64,000 nucleotides of DNA from Steroidobacteraceae bacterium (GTDB taxonomy: Bacteria > Chloroflexota > Limnocylindria > QHBO01): NCBI GenBank assembly GCA_025935615.1, contig JAICUY010000002.1, positions 6,605-70,604 of the forward strand. The letters are read 5' to 3'. The stretch's first letter is position 1; the number at the start of each line of letters is the position of its first letter. Shown piece by piece: positions 39,058 to 47,270 of this stretch. The translations under genes were made by a program, and so were the position numbers. The notes beneath the pieces are model-generated. The model saw only the letters and a program-made list of their open reading frames with translations. It was not told where the DNA came from and ran no database searches.

Positions 39058-40131
39058 CTAGCCGCCCGCTCCGACGCCGATCGGCGCATCGGTCGACACG
39101 TGCCGGTCGAGCGGCAATGGCGTCGGCTCGAGCGTTGGTGCGCGGTCGACGAAGCTGGCGCGGTGGGCGGTCGCGATCGTCTCGCGCACCTCGTCGAGCG
39201 ACAGGATCTCGTGGCGCAGCAGCAGGTTGAACTCATTGCGGAGGGTGGTTCGCAGCATCTCCGGACCATCGGTTGAGATGGCCACCGGCACGTGGTGCTC
39301 GAGCAGCCGCCGCAGCAGGCGCCGCACCTCCCCGAGGTCACGCAGCACGGCGGTGTTCAGGTTCGAGCTGGGGCAGACCTCGAGGACGATGCCGCGCTCG
39401 CGCAGCATCCCCATCACGGTCTCATCGAGGGCACTCTTGATGCCATGACCGATGCGCGCCGGCTCGAGCGCCTCGATCGCCTCGCGCACCTCGTCCGGAC
39501 CACCCGTCTCGCCGGCGTGAACGGTGATCCCCAGGCCGGCGCGACGGCACTCGGCGAAGATCTGGCGGTAGTCGTCGAAGCGGAACGACTCGACCACGGG
39601 ACCGGCGATGTCGACCGCCACCACGCCGCGGCTGCGCCAGCTGATGGCCTTGGCCGCGATGATCTCGTTGAGCTCCACGCTGAAGCCGCGGTCAAGACAG
39701 ACGACGAGCCCCGCCCGCACCTGCGGGTACTCGAGCACGGCGCGGTCCATGCCGCGCACGGCCGCCGCGATGATGTGGTCGAGGTCCTGCTCACCGCCGC
39801 GATTCCGCGTCATCGGGTTGAAGCGCAGCTCGATGTCGGTGACGTTGTTCTTGCGGTAGGCGCCGCCAATGACCTCGTAGACGCTGCGTTCGATGGCGGT
39901 CGGGCTGGACTGGATCAGCTCGGTCCAGTGGAACAGGTCGAGGTACGCCTGAAAGCTCCGCTTGCGGCGTCCGACGGTGATGAGGTCGCGGAAGGCCCAG
40001 TAGTCCTTGGTCGGCAGCCGGATTCCCTGCGCGTGGGCGATGCCCCACATGATCGCCGGCGTGACGGCTGCGCCGAGATGGACGTGCAGCTCGGTCAACG
40101 GGGTGCGCGGATCGAGTCTGGGCCGGGGCAT
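39058..40131 (-). CDS. Adenosine deaminase family protein (divergent)
   Basis: ELHVHLG, ELRFNP, HAGE, RIGHG, CPSSN, STDG. Confidence 0.88.
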   Translation of the reverse strand: MPRPRLDPRTPLTELHVHLGAAVTPAIMWGIAHAQGIRLPTKDYWAFRDLITVGRRKRSFQAYLDLFHWTELIQSSPTAIERSVYEVIGGAYRKNNVTDIELRFNPMTRNRGGEQDLDHIIAAAVRGMDRAVLEYPQVRAGLVVCLDRGFSVELNEIIAAKAISWRSRGVVAVDIAGPVVESFRFDDYRQIFAECRRAGLGITVHAGETGGPDEVREAIEALEPARIGHGIKSALDETVMGMLRERGIVLEVCPSSNLNTAVLRDLGEVRRLLRRLLEHHVPVAISTDGPEMLRTTLRNEFNLLLRHEILSLDEVRETIATAHRASFVDRAPTLEPTPLPLDRHVSTDAPIGVGAGG

Positions 40132-40233
40132 GGACCTCTCGTTGCGGGCTGCCTGGTGAGCCGGTTCGGGCGAGTGTAGCAGCCGTCCGGCGCGCCGGCT
40201 GAGGGCCCCAAGCCGGTGCTAGAATCGCGGCCG

Positions 40234-40629
40234 ATGGACGTCAAAGCGTGGATCGAATGGATCGGGAACGACAGCGGCACGACGCTGGCCACCATCTTTC
40301 CCTACCTGCTGCTCGGCCTCGCCGGCCTCTACCTGCTGTGGCTGGTACTCGGCTACCTGCGCGTCTCCCAGGTCGGCGTCGAGGCGCCGGCCGCCGCCAG
40401 CCCGGCGCTTCCCATGCAGCGCGCTCCCGACGGCGTGCTGGAGGCCCCGCGCGGCGTCCCCTACTGCCCGGTCGACGACCTGCAGTTCCCGGCCGAGGCA
40501 CGGATCTGCCCCGTCTGCGAGAGCGACCTGCTGGTCGAGTGCGCCAACTGCGGCGCAACCATCCGTGCCGCGGACGACTCGTGCTATCGCTGCGGGACGC
40601 GGCAGCCCATCAACGCTGACGCTGCCTAG
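40234..40629 (+). CDS. Membrane protein with double zinc ribbon
   Basis: One TM, then CPVD/CPVC/CANC/CYRC; TAGAAT 8 nt before ATG. Confidence 0.75.
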   Translation: MDVKAWIEWIGNDSGTTLATIFPYLLLGLAGLYLLWLVLGYLRVSQVGVEAPAAASPALPMQRAPDGVLEAPRGVPYCPVDDLQFPAEARICPVCESDLLVECANCGATIRAADDSCYRCGTRQPINADAA

Positions 40630-41609
40630 CGCATCACCGAGCGAACGTAGGCGCGCATCCGCGCCAGGTTGGGGATGATCACCCAGCCGCGGCCGGTCCC
40701 GGGTTCGATGCCCATGAAGCGGGCGTAGCCCGGGCCGAGCACCTCGTGGCTGATCGTTGCATCGGCGCTGCGGCGGCCGATGGCCAGCAGCGTGGGCAGC
40801 TCGTCGAGCGGCAGGTCGGTCTTCAGCGAGCGCAGCGAACGCAGCAGGTGATGGAAGTCGATCTTGGCCTTGGGCCTGACGAGCTTGCGGAAGACGGCCA
40901 TCAGCACCTGCTGCTGCCGGCCCTGCCGGGCGAAGTCTCCATCCTGGTGGCGCGTCCGCGCGTAGTGCAGCGCCTGGTCGCCGTCGAGGTGGTGCCGGCC
41001 GGCGCTGAGGGCGATGTGGACCGTCGAATCGTAGAGCGCGTACGGGACGCGTACGTTGACGCCGCCCACGGCGTCGACGAGCTCGCCAAAGTCGGCCATG
41101 TTCAGCGCCACGTGGTAGTCGATCGGGACGCCGTAGGTGCGTTCGAGTGCGCCCTGCAGGGCATTGATCCCGCGCGCCGCGTACAGCGAGTTGATCTTGC
41201 GAGGCCAGGAGCCGCCGCCCTTCAGCGGGATGTCGACCGTGTCGCGCGGCAACGAGACGATCGCAATGCGGTTGTGCCGGCGATTGACGCTGACCACGAT
41301 CATCGCATCGGTGTTCACCGGAAAGTTGCGCCGCACGCGGCTGGGGCTCGAGTCGATGCCGGCCACGAGCACGGTGATCCGACGCGCCAGCAGCTTCTGG
41401 TCGAGCGGTGAAGGCGTTGGCTTCGGCGTCGGCGTCGGCGTCGGAGACGGTGACGGTGTGGCCGATGCTGTCGGCGAGGGCGGTGGCGTCGTGAGCGGTA
41501 CAGGCGTAGGCCGGGGCGTCGCGGGCGGACTGCCGCAGGCCACCAGCAGCGCGGCGAGCGCGACTGCGGCCAGCCGGGGCCCGACCGGTCGGCGGAGGGA
41601 CGCGAACAT
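40626..41609 (-). CDS. LCP (LytR-CpsA-Psr) family lipoprotein
   Basis: LVAC lipobox, Pro/Thr linker, NTDAM, SLPRD, KINS, YARTR, DFARQGRQQ. Confidence 0.92.
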   Translation of the reverse strand: MFASLRRPVGPRLAAVALAALLVACGSPPATPRPTPVPLTTPPPSPTASATPSPSPTPTPTPKPTPSPLDQKLLARRITVLVAGIDSSPSRVRRNFPVNTDAMIVVSVNRRHNRIAIVSLPRDTVDIPLKGGGSWPRKINSLYAARGINALQGALERTYGVPIDYHVALNMADFGELVDAVGGVNVRVPYALYDSTVHIALSAGRHHLDGDQALHYARTRHQDGDFARQGRQQQVLMAVFRKLVRPKAKIDFHHLLRSLRSLKTDLPLDELPTLLAIGRRSADATISHEVLGPGYARFMGIEPGTGRGWVIIPNLARMRAYVRSVMR

Positions 41610-41642
41610 CGGCGGCATGATAGCCGGTGCTACGCTGCCCGC

Positions 41643-42056
41643 GTGGAGACGAGGGAGGTCGCGATCGAGACCCGCAACCGCCGCGGTGTCTTCGACCTGA
41701 CCGATGCCTGCCACGGCTTCCTGTCCGATGCGGCCCCTGGCGCTGATGGCCTCCTGAGCCTGTTCGTGCCGCACGCCACGGCCGGACTGCTGATCATGGA
41801 GCTTGGATCCGGGTCCGACGCCGATCTGCTCGACGCGCTCGATCGGTTGCTGCCTCGTGACGACCGCTGGCGGCACGCCCACGGATCGCCGGGTCACGGC
41901 GCCGATCACGTCCTGCCGCTGCTGAGCGCGCCGTCCCTCACCGTTCCGGTCGTGGGCGGGGCGATGGCCCTGGGGACCTGGCAGTCGGTCGCACTCATCG
42001 ACCCCAATCCGGACAACGGCCGGCGGCTCGTGCGGCTGTCGTTCCTCGCCGGCTAA
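41643..42056 (+). CDS. yjbQ: YjbQ/UPF0047 family protein
   Basis: PHATA, HGADH, LGTWQS. Confidence 0.9.
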   Translation: METREVAIETRNRRGVFDLTDACHGFLSDAAPGADGLLSLFVPHATAGLLIMELGSGSDADLLDALDRLLPRDDRWRHAHGSPGHGADHVLPLLSAPSLTVPVVGGAMALGTWQSVALIDPNPDNGRRLVRLSFLAG

Positions 42057-44095
42057 CCTCGGACCGCTCGCTCGACCTGCCGCGCCGCGTTCGCGGGATC
42101 GCCGGTCGGCTCCTCGCAGGCATAGCCGCGGCAGACGTAGGCCGTGGCGTGGCCGTCGACCGGGACCTTGTCGAGGAACACCGGCCATGCCTGGGTCGCG
42201 GCGCCGGACGTGACGCCAGCCACGACAAGATCCGGCGCGAAGGGCCTGGACACCGCGCGACGCAGGGCCATGGCAGTCTGCGTCCGCGGATCGGCGGCGG
42301 CGACGACCGCATCCGAGGCGGGCACCAGCGAGCGATCGACCGCACTCAGCATGCGGCCGAACACCGACGGCTGGCGCTCGAGCGCCGGCCCCACGGTCCG
42401 CAGGATCGACCGCGCGCGGCGGTCGTAGTCGGGCTCGCCGGTCAGCAACGCCAGGCGCAGCAGGACGTCGGCCGCGACCGAGTTCGCCGACGGGGTCGCC
42501 GAGTCGACCAGCGAACGCGGCCGGACCACGGTTGTCTCGTGCTCGGCGCTGGTGTCATACAGCGTGCCCGACTCGTCGTCCCAGAAGTCGACGACCAGGC
42601 GGTCGATCAGCGCCCGTGCGAGCACCAGGTGCGCCGCCTCCCCCGTCGCCGCGTGAGCGGCCAGCAGCCCGTCGGCCAGGTCGGCATAGTCCTCGGCGAA
42701 GGCTGGCGTGTGGGCCACGCCACCGCGCGCCGTGCGCCACAGGCGATCGCCGTCGCGCAGCAGCTGCGAACGGACGAAGGCCACCAGCCCGTCGACCGCC
42801 GCCAGGTAGCGGTCGTCCCCCAGCACCAGCACGCCCCCGGCCAGGGCCCGCAGCGCAAGCCCGTTCCAGGCGGCCAGCTGCTTCTCGTCGCGCGCCGGCC
42901 GGACCCGCGACGAGCGGCTGGCCATCAGGGCGCTTCGGGCTCGCTCGATGAGCGGAGCCGGAGGCGCCGGTCCGCGGACGTGCAGGATGTTTCGTCCCTC
43001 CCAGTTTCCGCCGTCGGTGACATCCCAATGGGCGCACACCGCCCCAACCTCGTCGTCGGCCAGCCCGGCCGCGGCGAGCACCGAACGCACCTCGTCCGCC
43101 GACCAGACGTAGTAGCGCCCCTCGTCCCCCTCGCTGTCCGCGTCGAGCGCGGCCGCGAGGCCGCCGTCACCGGTTCGCAGCTCGGCCAGCATGAAATCGA
43201 GCGTGTCACCGGCCACCTCGGCGTAGCGCTGCACGCCGAAGGCACGGAACGCATCGAGGTAGCACAGGGCCAGCAGTGCGTTGTCGTACAGCATCTTTTC
43301 GAAGTGCGGCACGAGCCAGGCAGCATCGGTGCTGTAGCGGGCGAAGCCGCCGCCGAGCTGGTCATGGATGCCGCCGTCGGCCATGCGATCGAGCGTGATC
43401 GTCACCGCGCGCCGAACAGCGTCGTCGCCACTGCGGTGCCAGGAGCGCATCAGGAACTCGAGGCTCATGGACGCGGGAAACTTGGGAGCGCCGCCGAATC
43501 CGCCATGCACCGGATCGAACGATGCCAGCAGCCGCTGCGCCGCGAGCTCGAGCTGCCGGCGTTCCGGATCGATCGATCCGGCCGGAAGTGCCACCTGGCT
43601 GCGCACATGGTCCGCCAGCTGCCGCGCCTGCGCGTCGATCTCCGTTCGCCGCGTCCGATACGCGTCCGCCACCGCCTCCAGCACGCGCCGGAAGGCCGGC
43701 AGGCCGTGCCGGTCCTCGGGCGGGAAATAGGTGCCCCCGAAGAACGGCTGCAGCTCGGGAGTCAGGAACACGCTCATCGGCCAGCCGCCGCTGCCGGTCA
43801 TCGCCTGAACGGCGGCCATGTACACGTCGTCGAGGTCGGGCCGCTCCTCGCGGTCGATCTTGACATTGACGAAATACTCGTTCATCAGCGCGGCCGTCTC
43901 GTCGTTCTCGAACGACTCGCGTTCCATGACGTGGCACCAATGGCAGGCGGAGTAGCCGATCGAGACGAACAGCGGCCGGTCCTCGCGACGCGCGCGCTCG
44001 AGCGCCTCGGGACCCCACGGATACCAGTCGACCGGATTGTGCGCATGCTGCAGTAGGTACGGGCTCGTCTCGTTGGCGAGCCGGTTGGAAGCCAT
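42053..44095 (-). CDS. Thioredoxin-domain protein YyaL/SSP411 family
   Basis: [38 protein letters not shown]. Confidence 0.93.
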   Translation of the reverse strand: MASNRLANETSPYLLQHAHNPVDWYPWGPEALERARREDRPLFVSIGYSACHWCHVMERESFENDETAALMNEYFVNVKIDREERPDLDDVYMAAVQAMTGSGGWPMSVFLTPELQPFFGGTYFPPEDRHGLPAFRRVLEAVADAYRTRRTEIDAQARQLADHVRSQVALPAGSIDPERRQLELAAQRLLASFDPVHGGFGGAPKFPASMSLEFLMRSWHRSGDDAVRRAVTITLDRMADGGIHDQLGGGFARYSTDAAWLVPHFEKMLYDNALLALCYLDAFRAFGVQRYAEVAGDTLDFMLAELRTGDGGLAAALDADSEGDEGRYYVWSADEVRSVLAAAGLADDEVGAVCAHWDVTDGGNWEGRNILHVRGPAPPAPLIERARSALMASRSSRVRPARDEKQLAAWNGLALRALAGGVLVLGDDRYLAAVDGLVAFVRSQLLRDGDRLWRTARGGVAHTPAFAEDYADLADGLLAAHAATGEAAHLVLARALIDRLVVDFWDDESGTLYDTSAEHETTVVRPRSLVDSATPSANSVAADVLLRLALLTGEPDYDRRARSILRTVGPALERQPSVFGRMLSAVDRSLVPASDAVVAAADPRTQTAMALRRAVSRPFAPDLVVAGVTSGAATQAWPVFLDKVPVDGHATAYVCRGYACEEPTGDPANAARQVERAVRG

Positions 44096-44097
44096 CG

Positions 44098-46008
44098 TCA
44101 GGCTCCGACTGCCTCGCGGCCGGCCGCGAACTGCTCCTGGTACAGCCGGGCGTAGAGGCCCTCGTGCCGCAGCAGCTCGGCGTGCGTGCCACGCTCGACG
44201 ATGCGCCCCCGCTCGAAGACGAGGATCAGGTCGGCGCGCAGGATGGTGGACAGGCGGTGCGCGATGGCGATCGTCGTTCGCCCTTCCATCAGCCGCGCCA
44301 GCGCCTGCTGGATCAGCCGCTCGCTGACGGTGTCCAGCGCCGAGGTGGCCTCGTCCAGGATCAGGATGCGCGGGTCCTTGAGCAGGACACGGGCGATCGC
44401 CACCCGCTGCTTCTCGCCGCCCGACAGCTTGTAGCCGCGCTCGCCGACCACGGTGTCGTAGCCGTCGGGCAGCTCCAGGATGCGCTCATGGATGGCCGCT
44501 GCACGCGACGCCTCCTCGATCTGCTGCATGGTTGCGTCCGGGCGCGCATAACGCAGGTTCTCGAGCACGGTGTTGTGGAACAGGTACGTCTCCTGGGTGA
44601 CGATCCCGATCACGCGCCCAAGCGACTCGAGCCGAACGCGGCGCACGTCGATCCCGTCGATCTCGACGCTCCCGGCATCGACGTCGTAGAGGCGCGGGAT
44701 GAGATAGGTGCTCGTCGTCTTGCCGGCCCCCGAAGGGCCGACCAGCGCCACCAGCTGTCCCGGCAGCGCCTCGAACGACAGGTCAGCGAGCGCGAATGGC
44801 CGCACGGTGGTCGGCACGGCGCGGCCGGTCGCCTCGGCCTCGGCTGCCTCGCCGGCGACGGCGAGCTGCGCCGCCGCCACCGGATAGTGGAAAGAGACGT
44901 CGTCGAACGACACCTCGCCGCGCAGACGCGCCGGGTCGAGGTCGATCGCGTCGGGCGCATCGGTGATCTCCTGCGGCAGCTCGAGGTACTCGAAGATCCG
45001 GTCGAACAGGGCCAGGGCGCCCTGGATCTCGACCTGCACGTTGAGCATCTGGCCCATGGGGAAGAAGAGCCGCGACTGGAGCGTGGTGAAGGCCACGATC
45101 GAGCCGATGCTGACGTTCGTATCGCCACCGATGATCAGCACGCCAGCCAGCAGGTAGACCAGCGCCGGGCTGATGCTGAAGAAGGTGCCGATCAGCGCGA
45201 AGAACCAGCGCCCGATCATCTGCTGCCGGATCTGCAGGTCGCCCAGCCGTCGCGACTCCTTGCGGAAACGTTCGACCGATGCCTGTTGCTGGCCGAACGT
45301 CTTCGACAGCAGGATGCCCGACACCGACAGGGACTCCTCGGTGATGGCGCTCACCTCGGCCAGCGACTGCTGGGTCAGGGTCGACACCTGCCGACGCACC
45401 TTGCCGACCCGGTAGGTGATGTACGCAAAGAGCGGCAGCATGCCGAGGCTCAGCAGCGTCAGGCGCCAGTCGATGATGACCATGGCGATCACCGTGGTCG
45501 CCACGGTGGCGAAGTTGGAAAGCAGCGAGGCGGCCGTATCGGTCACCACCGACTGCACGCCGTTGACGTCGTTGCCGATGCGGCTCTGGATCTCGCCCGT
45601 CCGCGTCTCGGTGAAGAAGCGCAGCGGCATCCACTGGAGGTGGGTGTAGAGCGCGAGCCGCAGGTCGTCCATGACTCGCTGGCCGACCACGTTGGAGAGG
45701 TACGACTGCCCCACCCCGATCAGGCTGGTGATCACCGGCAGGACGACCATCAGCGACACCTGCAGGTACAGCAGGCCCAGGTCCCGCGGTCCGCCGGGCA
45801 GCAGGTTGTCGAGGACGAACTTGATCAGGATCGGGTTGACGACACCGATGCTGACGCTGACCAGGATCGCGACCGCGATGATCCCCAGCCGGCCGCGATA
45901 GGGCCTGAAGAACCCGATGATGCGCCGCAGCGTGCGACCGCCGCTCCCCGGCCGTCGGCGCAGGTCCGGCTCCGGGCCTCCGCCCCAGTGGCCGCCGCGC
46001 CTGGTCAT
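44098..46008 (-). CDS. ABC exporter, fused TMD and NBD (MsbA-like)
   Basis: [26 protein letters not shown]-terminal TMD. Confidence 0.93.
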   Translation of the reverse strand: MTRRGGHWGGGPEPDLRRRPGSGGRTLRRIIGFFRPYRGRLGIIAVAILVSVSIGVVNPILIKFVLDNLLPGGPRDLGLLYLQVSLMVVLPVITSLIGVGQSYLSNVVGQRVMDDLRLALYTHLQWMPLRFFTETRTGEIQSRIGNDVNGVQSVVTDTAASLLSNFATVATTVIAMVIIDWRLTLLSLGMLPLFAYITYRVGKVRRQVSTLTQQSLAEVSAITEESLSVSGILLSKTFGQQQASVERFRKESRRLGDLQIRQQMIGRWFFALIGTFFSISPALVYLLAGVLIIGGDTNVSIGSIVAFTTLQSRLFFPMGQMLNVQVEIQGALALFDRIFEYLELPQEITDAPDAIDLDPARLRGEVSFDDVSFHYPVAAAQLAVAGEAAEAEATGRAVPTTVRPFALADLSFEALPGQLVALVGPSGAGKTTSTYLIPRLYDVDAGSVEIDGIDVRRVRLESLGRVIGIVTQETYLFHNTVLENLRYARPDATMQQIEEASRAAAIHERILELPDGYDTVVGERGYKLSGGEKQRVAIARVLLKDPRILILDEATSALDTVSERLIQQALARLMEGRTTIAIAHRLSTILRADLILVFERGRIVERGTHAELLRHEGLYARLYQEQFAAGREAVGA

Positions 46009-46018
46009 GCGCCGGTCG

Positions 46019-46747
46019 TCACTCGAGGATGATCGATGCGAACGCCTGGGCCAGGCCCATGCCCTGTGGGGCGCCGATCAGCTCGGCGCGCTCGCGCACC
46101 CGCTTCTCGACGTCGTCCGGGTCGTCGATCTGGCTGACGTGCCGGCGCAGCGCCTCGAGGCCGACGTCCCAGGTATCCGAGACGTCGATCCACAAGTTCG
46201 GCTGCTCGACCCCCGAGAGCAGCACCTGCCGCACCTTCCAGGGCTCGAAGCCCTCCGACACCAGCTCCGGGAAGTTCAGGAAGTCACGCGCCGCCGGATA
46301 GACCGATGCGAGCGTCGCCTCGCCGGTGGCGAGGTGATCGGGATGGCCGATGAACGGGTTGTGGTCGAGCCGGCGCTGCGGGTTCTGGGTGATGACCAGG
46401 TCCGGCCGGAAGCGCCGGATCTGACGGCTGATGTCGCGCCGCAGGTCGAGCGAGGGCAGCAGGTAGCCGTCCGGATAGCCGAGGTGCACGATCTCGGTCA
46501 CGCCGAGGACGTCGGCCGCCGCGCGCTGCTCCGCGATGCGCGTCGCCGCCAGCTGCTCGGGCGTGACGGCCGGGTCCTCGGTCCCCTTGCCTCCGTCGGT
46601 GGTGACGACGTAATCGACCCGGACGCCTGCGCGCGTCAGGCTGGCGATGGTTGCCGCTGCCGCGAACTCGGCGTCGTCCGGATGGCTGATCACCACCAGC
46701 GCCCGTTCCAGCGGGCTGATCAGCTCGTGCTTCTCGATCTCGATCAT
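46019..46747 (-). CDS. PIG-L family deacetylase (intact motifs)
   Basis: HPDDAE, HPDH; TAGCAT 7 nt before ATG 46747. Confidence 0.9.
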   Translation of the reverse strand: MIEIEKHELISPLERALVVISHPDDAEFAAAATIASLTRAGVRVDYVVTTDGGKGTEDPAVTPEQLAATRIAEQRAAADVLGVTEIVHLGYPDGYLLPSLDLRRDISRQIRRFRPDLVITQNPQRRLDHNPFIGHPDHLATGEATLASVYPAARDFLNFPELVSEGFEPWKVRQVLLSGVEQPNLWIDVSDTWDVGLEALRRHVSQIDDPDDVEKRVRERAELIGAPQGMGLAQAFASIILE

Positions 46748-46818
46748 CCGATGCATGCTACTGCGAACCACCACAAGTGTCCGCGCCGCGCGATTGACCG
46801 CGGCGCGGCACGGCGGCG

Positions 46819-46835
46819 ATACTCTCCCGCAGTAT
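46819..46835. promoter_or_regulatory. CsoR/RcnR-type operator overlapping -10 and start codon of csoR
   Basis: ATACT-CTCCCGC-AGTAT (TACT-N7-AGTA with C/G tract). Confidence 0.65.
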
Positions 46836-47178
46836 GGAACCCACCCATTTTCGGCACGCCTATTCGAAGGATCGCCGCCTGCTGCTCAACCGCCTGAAGC
46901 GGATCGAGGGACAGGCGCGCGGCATCCAGCGCCTGGTCGGCGAGGAGGCATACTGCCTGGACGTCCTCCAGCAGGTCGAGGCGCTGAAGGCGGCCGCGGA
47001 CCAGGTCGCCATGCTCGTGCTCGAGGATCACATCGCCGGCTGCCTGGCCCATGCGGTGGAGACCGGGCAGGGCCAGCCCTACGTCGATGAGGTCATGACC
47101 GTGGTGCGGCGAGCGGTCGGACGGCCGGCCGGTCGCGCCTCGCGCCGGCCCACCACGCAGCGCGATAACCGCGGCTGA
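46834..47178 (+). CDS. csoR: CsoR/RcnR family metal-sensing repressor
   Basis: RLKRIEGQ.RGI, YCLDVLQQ, EDHIAGC (C-H-C ligands). Confidence 0.9.
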   Translation: MEPTHFRHAYSKDRRLLLNRLKRIEGQARGIQRLVGEEAYCLDVLQQVEALKAAADQVAMLVLEDHIAGCLAHAVETGQGQPYVDEVMTVVRRAVGRPAGRASRRPTTQRDNRG

Positions 47179-47187
47179 CACAAACAA

Positions 47188-47222
47188 CGGGAGTGCCGCA
47201 GGGGGGAACCACGGCACTCCCG
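47188..47222. terminator. Hairpin between convergent genes
   Basis: CGGGAGTGCCG...CGGCACTCCCG 11-bp stem. Confidence 0.65.
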
Positions 47223-47270
47223 GCCAGAGTGTAGCGATCTGCGTCAAGGAACGGCGGACCGCTTGGCCGC

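Noticed and set aside
41410..41530. Short tandem GGCGTC-type repeats
   Set aside because: They encode the Pro/Thr linker of the LCP lipoprotein; not a CRISPR array or DNA repeat element.
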